NCBI GenBank assembly: GCA_965215605.1
Contig: OZ244070.1
Span: forward strand, 512,001 to 576,000
Direction of reading: 5' to 3'
Length of the DNA: 64,000 nt
Source of the DNA: an uncultured Candidatus Binatia bacterium
GTDB lineage: Bacteria; Desulfobacterota; Binatia; UBA9968; JAJDTQ01
Below the pieces are notes generated by a model. It searched no databases, had not been told where the DNA came from, and was given only the letters and a program-made list of their open reading frames with translations. Shown here piece by piece: positions 18,636-26,568 of the stretch (positions are counted from its first letter, which is position 1; the number at the start of each line of letters is the position of its first letter). Made by a program: the position numbers and the translations under genes.

Positions 18636-19475
18636 ATGGAAATCGACGCGCCCCCCGCCGCATCGTCTCCGACGCAGCCCCGGGAAGCGTGGCATGCACG
18701 CCTCCTGGGGCTCATGGCCCACCGGAAGGAGCCGATCATCTCCTTCGCGGTGATCCTGGCCGCTTGGCAGATCACCTCCTTCTTTCTGCCACCCTACCTG
18801 GTCCCCGGCGTCGGCGTGATCTTCGCCGCGTTCATCGAGATCGTCTCGAGCCTCACTCTGTTGGGAGACGTGTTCACCACCATGGGGCGGATCTTCCTGG
18901 GGCTCATCCTGGCGTTCATCAGCGGCACCATCCTGGGCGTGTTCATGGGCTTCACCGAGGCGGTGGAAAAGTACACCCTGCCGGTGCTCCACTTCATCAT
19001 GGGCATCCCGGCGCTCTCCTGGGTGGTCTTCGCCATCATCTGGTTCAGCCACGTGGAGACGCGCATCGCCTTCATCCTGCTGGCCGGCTCCCTGCCCAAC
19101 TTTGCGCTGATCATCCACGACGGCATCAAGAGCATCTCCAAGGAGTACCTGGACATGCTGCGGGCCCTGCGCCCCACGCGCAAACAGCTCTTCTCCAAGC
19201 TCATCCTGCCGGGAATGATCCCCGCGGTGCTCACCGCGTGGAAGGTAAACCTCGGGCTCGCCGCCCGCGTGGTCATCGTCGCCGAGCTGGTGGGCGCCAC
19301 CCGGGGCGTGGGCAACAAGCTGCTGCTGGCGCAGGAACTTTTCGAGATGCCCAAGGCCATTGCATGGACCTTGGTGCTGGTGACCTTTCTGCTCATCACC
19401 CAGCTCACCATTCTCGCGCTGGAGAACAAGCTGCTGCGCTGGCGTCCGGCGAAAACGGGAGGCATGGCCACGTGA
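18636..19475 (+). CDS. ABC permease (SsuC/TauC-like)
   Basis: IPALSW, IIWF, VIVAELVGATRGVG. Confidence 0.9.
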   Translation: MEIDAPPAASSPTQPREAWHARLLGLMAHRKEPIISFAVILAAWQITSFFLPPYLVPGVGVIFAAFIEIVSSLTLLGDVFTTMGRIFLGLILAFISGTILGVFMGFTEAVEKYTLPVLHFIMGIPALSWVVFAIIWFSHVETRIAFILLAGSLPNFALIIHDGIKSISKEYLDMLRALRPTRKQLFSKLILPGMIPAVLTAWKVNLGLAARVVIVAELVGATRGVGNKLLLAQELFEMPKAIAWTLVLVTFLLITQLTILALENKLLRWRPAKTGGMAT

Positions 19476-20239
19476 GCGCCGATGCCGTCATCCGCATGCA
19501 GGACGTAAGCATGGTCTTCACCTCCGTGGACGGCGACCGTTTCACCGCGGTGGAGAAGCTGAACCTGGAGGTCGGCAGCGGCGACATCGTCGCCATCGTG
19601 GGCAAGACCGGCTGCGGCAAGTCCACCACGTTCAACCTGCTGCTGGGCCTCGACCAACCCACCTCCGGATCGATCACGCTGCTGGACCACGACCCCTACG
19701 CGGAGTTCGACTACTTCCGGTCCAAGCTGGGGGTCATCTTTCAGACCGACCGGCTACTGCCCTGGCGCACGGCGCTGGAGAACGCCCGGGTGGGGCTGGA
19801 AATCCTCGGGTACGAAGAAAAGGAGCAGAACGACATCGCCCTCGAATGGCTGCACAAGCTGGAGCTTCAGGGTTTCGAAGACGCCTATCCCCACGAGCTG
19901 TCCGGCGGCATGCGCCAGCGAGTGGGCATGGCCCGGGCTTTCTGCCTCACGCCGGAGATCTTCTTCGCCGACGAGGCCTTCGGCCACCTGGACCAGTCCA
20001 CCGCCAGGCGGTTGCGGGAAGTGTTCCTGGAACTCGTCAACGAAAGCCGGAAGACCTGCCTCCTCATCACCCACAACATCCACGAGGCGCTGGAGATCGG
20101 CTCACGCCTGGTCATCCTGGGCAAGCCCGGCAAGGTCCTCGCCGACATGGAGACACCCACCAACGCCACCCGCGCCGAGATGGCCGAGTTCGAGGAACGG
20201 GTCCTCGACATCATCGAGAGCAACGAAGTGGTGGGGTAG
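19472..20239 (+). CDS. ABC ATP-binding protein (SsuB/TauB-like)
   Basis: GTG start overlapping the permease stop (GTGA); GKTGCGKST, LSGGMRQR, DEAFGHLD, ITH. Confidence 0.93.
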   Translation: MSADAVIRMQDVSMVFTSVDGDRFTAVEKLNLEVGSGDIVAIVGKTGCGKSTTFNLLLGLDQPTSGSITLLDHDPYAEFDYFRSKLGVIFQTDRLLPWRTALENARVGLEILGYEEKEQNDIALEWLHKLELQGFEDAYPHELSGGMRQRVGMARAFCLTPEIFFADEAFGHLDQSTARRLREVFLELVNESRKTCLLITHNIHEALEIGSRLVILGKPGKVLADMETPTNATRAEMAEFEERVLDIIESNEVVG

Positions 20240-20262
20240 CGGCAACAGCCCGCCGCTACCCC
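20233..20262. terminator. Hairpin between convergent genes, possible bidirectional terminator
   Basis: GGGGTAGCGGC-8 nt-GCCGCTACCCC, perfect 11-bp stem containing both stop codons; no U-tract. Confidence 0.5.
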
Positions 20263-21569
20263 AGCATCTGGCTCGGCAGCCACAGGGAGATCTGCGGGAA
20301 GCTCACCAGGATGATGAGGGTCACCACGTCCATCAGGAAAAACGGCAGGATGCCCTTGAAGATATCCTCCAGGCGCACCATGCCGTGCGCCGCGGCATTC
20401 ACGGTATAGACATTCATTCCCACCGGCGGCGTGATGAGGCCGATCTCGGAGGTCTTGATCACCAGCACGCCGAACCAGATGCCGCTGAAGCCCATCTCGA
20501 TGATGATGGGGAAGACGATGGGCAGGGTGATGGCCATCATGGCGGCGGGATCCATGAACATCCCCAGGAAGACATAGAGCAGCAGGAAACCGGCCAGGAC
20601 TACGTAACGCGACAGGCCGGAGCTCACCAGGTAGTCCGCCAACTGCGGGCCGACATTGGTGACGGCCAGGAACCGGCTGAAGATGTAGGCGCCGATGATG
20701 ATGGTGAACAGCATCGTGGTGGAAGTGGCGGTGTCGAGAACCGTGTTCCGCAACCTCTCGCGGGTGAAACTGCCCTTGAAAATCATGATCATGAACGCGC
20801 CGAAGGCGCCGAAGGCGCCCGCCTCGGTGGGCGTGGCGATGCCCAGGTAGATGGCGCCCATGACGATGGCGGAGAGTGTGACGATGCCCCACACCCGATA
20901 CAGGGAAAGGAGCTTCTCCCTCAACGGCGGCCGTTCCTCGATGAGGGGCGCTATCTCGGGCTGGAGCTTGACCCAAAAGGAGATCATGCCCATGTAGATC
21001 AGGGCGGACAGAACCCCCGGAATGAAACCCGCGATCAGCAGTTGGCCGATGGACTGCTCGGTGATGATGCCGTAGATGATCATGAGGCCGCTGGGAGGGA
21101 TCAGGGCTCCCAGGGTTCCCGAGGCCGCGATGGCGCCGGTGGCGATCCGCTTGTCGTAGCCGTACTTGAGCATCTCCGGCAAGGCCACCTGGGTGAACGT
21201 GGCAGCGGTGGCCACGCTGGAGCCGCAGGCCGCCGCAAAGGCGGCGCAACTCGCCGTGGTGGCCATGGCGAGGCCGCCCCGGACTCGCCCCATCCATTTT
21301 TGCACGACCGTATAGATATCCGCGCTCAGACCGCCGTAGTTGGCGAACTGCCCCATCAGGATGAAGACGGGTATCGCGAAGAACGTGAAGTTGGCGACGA
21401 CCTTGTACGGGGTCGTCCGCAACAGGCCGATCCCGGCGGACCAACTATCCGTGATCATGACGAAGCCCAGCACCCCGACCAGCCCCAGGGACACGGCCAC
21501 GTGAAGCCCGCACAGAAGCAGGATGATCAGAACAAATATGCTGATGATCGCGAGAAAGGTTGGGTCCAT
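20256..21569 (-). CDS. dctM: TRAP transporter large permease
   Basis: AIPVFILMG, GSSVATAA, GTLGALIPPS, GLITPPVGMN. Confidence 0.95.
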   Translation of the reverse strand: MDPTFLAIISIFVLIILLLCGLHVAVSLGLVGVLGFVMITDSWSAGIGLLRTTPYKVVANFTFFAIPVFILMGQFANYGGLSADIYTVVQKWMGRVRGGLAMATTASCAAFAAACGSSVATAATFTQVALPEMLKYGYDKRIATGAIAASGTLGALIPPSGLMIIYGIITEQSIGQLLIAGFIPGVLSALIYMGMISFWVKLQPEIAPLIEERPPLREKLLSLYRVWGIVTLSAIVMGAIYLGIATPTEAGAFGAFGAFMIMIFKGSFTRERLRNTVLDTATSTTMLFTIIIGAYIFSRFLAVTNVGPQLADYLVSSGLSRYVVLAGFLLLYVFLGMFMDPAAMMAITLPIVFPIIIEMGFSGIWFGVLVIKTSEIGLITPPVGMNVYTVNAAAHGMVRLEDIFKGILPFFLMDVVTLIILVSFPQISLWLPSQMLG

Positions 21570-21576
21570 GTAATGC

Positions 21577-22125
21577 CTACCCCGGGGTTATGAGACTGCG
21601 AAATCGTTTCAAGGCGTCTCGCAACAGTTGAAAGGCCATCAAGGCGGCGCCGAAGGGGATTGCGAGCTTCGGCGGGTAGACCGGAATCTGCACCAATCCG
21701 TCGGATGCCTCGCGGTATTCGAAGGATGAAACCCCGGCAAACCACGCCTGCCAGCACATCAGCAAGAAAAACACCGCCGCGATCACGAGGACCACCACCG
21801 CAAGTCCGTCCGCAACCCTCCGGGGCAGCCGCTGCGTCACCAACTCCACGCAGATGTGCCGCTTGGTGAGCTGAACGTACGCCAAGCTGAAGAAGACCAC
21901 GAACACGATGAGGAACTCGGTGAACTCCAGCGTCCCTGGGATGGGGCTCGAGAACACGTAGCGTCCGGTGACATCCACCGTGATCAGCAGCATCATGAAG
22001 AACAGGATGTAGCCGCTTATTGCATTCAGGAAAGTGAGGAACCGTGTGGCCGCGGTCCGGTCGTCCTTCGGTGGGGCAAACCCCGGGTCTACGGTGGCTT
22101 CAACAAGAATTTTCGATTCTTCCAC
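21577..22125 (-). CDS. dctQ: TRAP transporter small permease
   Basis: DVTGRYVFSSPIPGTLE, HICVE; four TM segments. Confidence 0.92.
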   Translation of the reverse strand: MEESKILVEATVDPGFAPPKDDRTAATRFLTFLNAISGYILFFMMLLITVDVTGRYVFSSPIPGTLEFTEFLIVFVVFFSLAYVQLTKRHICVELVTQRLPRRVADGLAVVVLVIAAVFFLLMCWQAWFAGVSSFEYREASDGLVQIPVYPPKLAIPFGAALMAFQLLRDALKRFRSLITPG

Positions 22126-22160
22126 GATTGGCTAACCCCGTGGCTGGTAATGGGCCAAAC

Positions 22161-22184
22161 GGGGACGGCCTGCCGGCCGCCCCC
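22161..22184 (-). terminator. GC hairpin between dctP and dctQ (mRNA stabiliser or partial terminator)
   Basis: GGGGACGGCC-TGCC-GGCCGCCCCC, 10-position stem with one mismatch, just after the binding-protein gene. Confidence 0.4.
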
Positions 22185-22205
22185 GTAACCCGTGTTCGAC
22201 CAGAC

Positions 22206-23237
22206 CTATTCGCCGCGAAAAACGGCGAGGGTCTTCTTGCCGGGCAGGCCCAGCTTCTCCATGCTGGCCACCCAGTCACCGGCGATCTTCTGGACGCCCG
22301 CGCTGTTCTTCCACTTCTCCCTGTCCGAGGCGGAGAAGTCGACGATCTTGACGCCCTTGCCCGCCAGGTACTTCTGGAACTTGACGTCGTCGTCCTTCAT
22401 CGCCTGGGCTTCCCACTTGCCGACCCGCTCACCCTCTTCCAGGAGGATTTTCTGGTGCTCCTTCGACAGGGAATCCCACTTCTTCTTGTTGATGGTGAAG
22501 GTGTTGACGCCCGCGATGCAGCCCATCTCGATCTTGCTCATGTACTTGGCCACCTCGTAGGTCTTGAACCGCTGGGCCGCCTCGAAGGAGAGGATGCGAG
22601 CATCGATGGTCTTGCGCTGCAACGCCTCGTACATCTCGCCGCCGGTGGTGCTCACCGGAATCCCACCCCCCGCCTTGATGGCCTTGGGCGCGATGCGGCC
22701 GAAGGTGCCGACCTTCTTGCCCTTGAGCTCCGCCAGGTTTGTGATGGGGTAGTGGGCCACGAGCTGGTAGCTCGCCGTGGCGGTCATGCCCACCACCTTG
22801 TGACCGAACTTGGTCAGCTCCGCGGTAGCCTCCGGGATCTGCTTGAGCACGCGCAGGCCGCCGTCGCGCGACTGCACCGGATCACTCACGGCGAAAGGCA
22901 ACCCTCCCACCTGCAGCAGCCGGATCTTGTCGGAGAAATAGCCGATGGCCAGGTCGGCCATGTCGGAGGTGCCCAGTTGCACCGCCTCCAGGGCCTCCTT
23001 CGCATGCACCAGCGAGTTGGCCCAGAAGATCTGGACCTCGATCTCGCCGTTGGTCCTCTTGGCCACGCCGTTCTTGAAATGCACCAGGTAGTCCGCCCGC
23101 GGCGTTCCCGGGCGCGCGGACTGTGTCGCTACCTTTAGGATGATCTTGGATTGGGCGTCTTCCGGAGCCGCCAACCCGGCAACGCACAGCACACCTGCCA
23201 TCAGGAAGACTGCCAACGATTTCGATACTACGGTCAT
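22206..23237 (-). CDS. dctP: TRAP substrate-binding protein, copy 1
   Basis: Signal peptide; KRTNGEIEVQIF, LPF, ELKGKK, EMYEALQRKTID, INKKKWDSLS. Confidence 0.93.
   Translation of the reverse strand: MTVVSKSLAVFLMAGVLCVAGLAAPEDAQSKIILKVATQSARPGTPRADYLVHFKNGVAKRTNGEIEVQIFWANSLVHAKEALEAVQLGTSDMADLAIGYFSDKIRLLQVGGLPFAVSDPVQSRDGGLRVLKQIPEATAELTKFGHKVVGMTATASYQLVAHYPITNLAELKGKKVGTFGRIAPKAIKAGGGIPVSTTGGEMYEALQRKTIDARILSFEAAQRFKTYEVAKYMSKIEMGCIAGVNTFTINKKKWDSLSKEHQKILLEEGERVGKWEAQAMKDDDVKFQKYLAGKGVKIVDFSASDREKWKNSAGVQKIAGDWVASMEKLGLPGKKTLAVFRGE
22513..22748. repeat. 236-bp exact direct repeat, copy 1
   Basis: Base-for-base identical to 24760-24995 on manual comparison. Confidence 0.9.
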
Positions 23238-23318
23238 GCTTTCCCCTTTCTGATGTTAACGACCTTACCGTGACGCGGACGCCTCATGGCCCAGCGCCTT
23301 CCGTCCCACTACCGGGAT

Positions 23319-24386
23319 TCACAGATTGAAGAACCGCTTCGCATTGTCGCCCAGCACCGCCTGCTTGTCCTCTCTGGACATGTCGTCGCGTTCCACCACC
23401 TCCTCGATCTCGTGTTTCGCCGCCGGCAGGTCCACCTCGTGCGGATAGTCGGAGGCGTAGGCGAAGGCCTCGATGCCCACCCTGCCGGCCACGTAGGCCA
23501 GGGTCTCCTCGCTGCCCTCGCATCCCAGCAGGATCCGGCCGCCCTTGAGATACTCTACCGGCCGCATCCTGGGCTGGTCCGCGGCGTCGAAGTAGTTTTC
23601 GTCGCGCACCATGCGGTCGATGAGGAAATCGAGCCAGCCACAGCCCCCTTCCATGAACGCCGCCTTGAGCTTCGGGTGTGCGTCGAACACTCCGTGGTAG
23701 ATGAACGACACCAGCGCGATCATCAACGGGATCGAATGATGCAGGACGTGAGAGCCCGTGAAGTTCGTGAACGTGTCCATTCCGACGCCCAGGTTGGAGC
23801 CGCCGTGAATGGCTATCGGCACCCCCAGGCGCTCGGCTTCCGCGTAGACCGGCCAGTAGCTCTGGTGGCCCAGGTGGAGCGGCAGCCCCGTGGACGGAAG
23901 CATCCCGCCGACGAAGCCCAGCTTGTCCACCGCCCGCCGGAGCTCCTTCACGGCCTCCGGCACGTCCTGCATGGGCAGGAGCGCCACCGGCCGCAGCCGG
24001 TCGCTCACCTTGGCGAACTTCTCGTAGATGTAGTCATTGTAGGCTTGGCAAACCTCGACCGCATACCGCGGTATCTGGATGAGGCCTACCGAAAGCCCTT
24101 CGGTGGTAAACAGGACGGTCTTGTCGATGCCGGCCTGCTCAAGAAAGGCGACCCAGTCCTCGCCGCTCCCCGGCATATACTCGCTGGCCGTGACCCGCTC
24201 GTTGCCGGTGGTCCCGGCGTGGAGGGCGAAATGCATCCCGTCGATGGAGGGGAACACTCCCTGGCGGTCCCGGGCCGGGTTGGTGGCCTGGCCCTTGATC
24301 CGGTCGCTCATGAAGTCGGCCATGTCGGGGACCCACTCCACCACATGGCCGTCACAATCCACTATGGAATAATCTTCATACGACAC
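23319..24386 (-). CDS. Amidohydrolase_2 family protein (DxDxH type)
   Basis: VDCDGHVVE, AYNDY, AIHGG, FMEGGCGW, YASDYPH. Confidence 0.92.
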   Translation of the reverse strand: MSYEDYSIVDCDGHVVEWVPDMADFMSDRIKGQATNPARDRQGVFPSIDGMHFALHAGTTGNERVTASEYMPGSGEDWVAFLEQAGIDKTVLFTTEGLSVGLIQIPRYAVEVCQAYNDYIYEKFAKVSDRLRPVALLPMQDVPEAVKELRRAVDKLGFVGGMLPSTGLPLHLGHQSYWPVYAEAERLGVPIAIHGGSNLGVGMDTFTNFTGSHVLHHSIPLMIALVSFIYHGVFDAHPKLKAAFMEGGCGWLDFLIDRMVRDENYFDAADQPRMRPVEYLKGGRILLGCEGSEETLAYVAGRVGIEAFAYASDYPHEVDLPAAKHEIEEVVERDDMSREDKQAVLGDNAKRFFNL

Positions 24387-24449
24387 GGCATTCTCCCGAA
24401 CCGACGTGACCAGCCCTCACACGCCACGTGAAGCTGCTGCTCCTTCCCC

Positions 24450-25484
24450 TTACTCCTTGCCCAGGAAAGCCGCAAGGGTCCTTTGTCCGGGCAGGCCCAA
24501 CTTGTCCATACTCGCCACCCAGTCCCCGGCGATCTGCTGGACTCCGGGGCTGTTCTTCCACTTCTCCCGGTCCTCGGCCGAGAAATCGACGATGATCACG
24601 CCCTTGTCCTTCAGGTACTTCTGGAACTTGAGGTCGTCGTCCTTCATCGCCTGGGCTTCCCACCTGCCGGCCTTGTCGGCCTCATCGAGGATGATCTTCT
24701 GGTGTTCCTTCGAAAGGCCGTCCCATTTCCTCTGGTTGATGGTGAACATGGTGACGCCGGCGATGCAGCCCATCTCGATCTTGCTCATGTACTTGGCCAC
24801 CTCGTAGGTCTTGAACCGCTGGGCCGCCTCGAAGGAGAGGATGCGAGCATCGATGGTCTTGCGCTGCAACGCCTCGTACATCTCGCCGCCGGTGGTGCTC
24901 ACCGGAATCCCACCCCCCGCCTTGATGGCCTTGGGCGCGATGCGGCCGAAGGTGCCGACCTTCTTGCCCTTGAGCTCCGCCAGGTTTGTGATGGGATCGT
25001 GAGCCACGAGCTGGTAGCTCGCCGTGGCGGCCATGCCCACGATGACGTGACCGAACTTGGTCAACTCGGCGCGCGCCTCCGGAACCTGCTTGAGGACGCG
25101 TTCTATGCCTTGCCACGACTCCACCGGATCAGCGACGGAAAAGGGCAATCCCGCGACCTGCAGCAAGCGGATCTTGTCGGAAAAGTAGCCGACGGCCAGA
25201 TCGGCCATGTCCGCCGTCCCCAACTGCACGGCTTCCAGGGCCTCCTTGGCATGCACGAGGGAGTTGGCCCAGAATATTTGGACGTCGATCTCGCCGTGGG
25301 TCCTTTTCTCCACCCCCTTCTCGAAACGCACGAGATAGTCGGCGCGCGGCGTTCCGGGGCGGGCGGACTGGGTCGGAATCTTGAGAATGATCTTCGCCTG
25401 GGCGTCGGGCGGAAGCACAACCCCGGCCGCGCACACGAATCCTGCCAATACAAAGAGCGCCAACGATCTGGATAGTGCTTTCAT
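24450..25484 (-). CDS. dctP: TRAP substrate-binding protein, copy 2
   Basis: Close paralogue of 22206-23237. Start ATG 25484 after AAAGGGGAG. Confidence 0.93.
   Translation of the reverse strand: MKALSRSLALFVLAGFVCAAGVVLPPDAQAKIILKIPTQSARPGTPRADYLVRFEKGVEKRTHGEIDVQIFWANSLVHAKEALEAVQLGTADMADLAVGYFSDKIRLLQVAGLPFSVADPVESWQGIERVLKQVPEARAELTKFGHVIVGMAATASYQLVAHDPITNLAELKGKKVGTFGRIAPKAIKAGGGIPVSTTGGEMYEALQRKTIDARILSFEAAQRFKTYEVAKYMSKIEMGCIAGVTMFTINQRKWDGLSKEHQKIILDEADKAGRWEAQAMKDDDLKFQKYLKDKGVIIVDFSAEDREKWKNSPGVQQIAGDWVASMDKLGLPGQRTLAAFLGKE
24760..24995. repeat. 236-bp exact direct repeat, copy 2
   Basis: Identical to 22513-22748. Confidence 0.9.
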
Positions 25485-25552
25485 AGTCTCCCCTTTCTGC
25501 TGCTGGTGGCCTGTGCCCTGAAACCGAACGGTTTCCGCCTTCGACGGAGCCG

Positions 25553-25582
25553 ACACTAGTAGAAGCTCCGAACGGATGTCAA
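25553..25582 (-). promoter_or_regulatory. Putative sigma70 promoter of the dctP-amidohydrolase-dctPQM unit
   Basis: Minus strand TTGACA-18 nt-TAGTGT. Confidence 0.45.
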
Positions 25583-25604
25583 GGGCAAGGGGAAGGTTTA
25601 CGCA

Positions 25605-25644
25605 ACGAAGCCGGGCACTTTCGCATACACGTGCCCGGCTTCGT
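25605..25644 (-). terminator. Strong hairpin downstream of the SDR gene
   Basis: ACGAAGCCGGGCAC-12 nt-GTGCCCGGCTTCGT, perfect 14-bp stem; weak U-tract. Confidence 0.55.
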
Positions 25645-25684
25645 CAATCCTTGAGGCGGTTCCGCATCGATCCGGGTGAGCGAT

Positions 25685-26455
25685 TCAGCTTGCCGGCAGC
25701 CGCTCCTTGGGGAAGTTCGACGCCGCGCTGACGCCGCCGTCGCAGATGAGGTTTTCGCCCCACACGAAGCCCGAGTCGTCGCTGGCCAGGAACAGCATGG
25801 CCTTGGCCTGATCCTCGGCCGTGCCCAGGCGTCCCGCCAGGTTCTTGAACTCCCGGCCCACGGCGCCCTCGTCCTGGCCCACCGGAGAGCCCGAGCGGTT
25901 GGGGGTCAGGCAGTTGACCCGGATGTTGTACTGGGAAAGCTGCACCGCCATGCCCCGGGAGAGGTTGACCACCCCGCCCTTGGCCGCCATGTAGGCGATG
26001 GCGTCGGTGCGGCCGGAAAGGCCCGAGGTCGAGGCCACGTTGACGATGACGCCGCCCCTGCCCTGCTTGACCATCTGCTCCGCCACGTAGCGGCCCACCA
26101 GAAACGGTCCCTTGAGGGTCACGTCGATGACCAGGTCCCACTCCTCTTCCGAGATGCTGAAGATGGTCTCGTGGTCGGTGACGGCGGCGTTGTTCACCAG
26201 GATGTCGATGCCGCCGAAGGCATCCACCGTGGCCTGGACCATGGCCTTCACGTCGTCCGTGTCGGCCACGTTGCACTTGGCGTAGATGGCTTCATGGCCG
26301 CCGGCCTTGAGGTCGCCGACGACCTTCTCGCCGCGCCCCGGATCCATGTCCACGATGCAGATCTTGGCGCCTTCCGAGGCGAACAGCTTGGCGGCCGCCT
26401 CGCCGATGTTGCGGCCCGATCCGGTGATGATCGCTACACGGTCTTTGAGTTTCAT
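25685..26455 (-). CDS. Short-chain dehydrogenase/reductase
   Basis: TGSGRNIG, DILVNNA, YMAAK. Confidence 0.95.
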   Translation of the reverse strand: MKLKDRVAIITGSGRNIGEAAAKLFASEGAKICIVDMDPGRGEKVVGDLKAGGHEAIYAKCNVADTDDVKAMVQATVDAFGGIDILVNNAAVTDHETIFSISEEEWDLVIDVTLKGPFLVGRYVAEQMVKQGRGGVIVNVASTSGLSGRTDAIAYMAAKGGVVNLSRGMAVQLSQYNIRVNCLTPNRSGSPVGQDEGAVGREFKNLAGRLGTAEDQAKAMLFLASDDSGFVWGENLICDGGVSAASNFPKERLPAS

Positions 26456-26543
26456 GGTTTCTTCCTCCTTGCCCCACTACGATTCAGTCGCTTCAGGGTC
26501 GTTTGAGTTTGGCTATCGCTACGTTCTTGCGATCTCCGGTCAC

Positions 26544-26568
26544 GGGCGGGTTTGAAACCCGCCCCTAC
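26544..26568 (-). repeat. GTAG-type REP-like palindrome
   Basis: Minus strand GTAG-GGGCGGGTTT-C-AAACCCGCCC. The TAG is the stop codon of the Mo subunit gene. Confidence 0.7.

Noticed and set aside
18689-19471. N-terminal extension of the ABC ATPase (similar cases at 29380-29976 and 62136-62552)
   Set aside because: Off-frame overlap with the preceding gene; better starts exist downstream.
25553-25559. CTAGTGT as another copy of the CTAG repeat
   Set aside because: Better explained as the -10 box 18 nt from TTGACA; downstream bases do not match the element.
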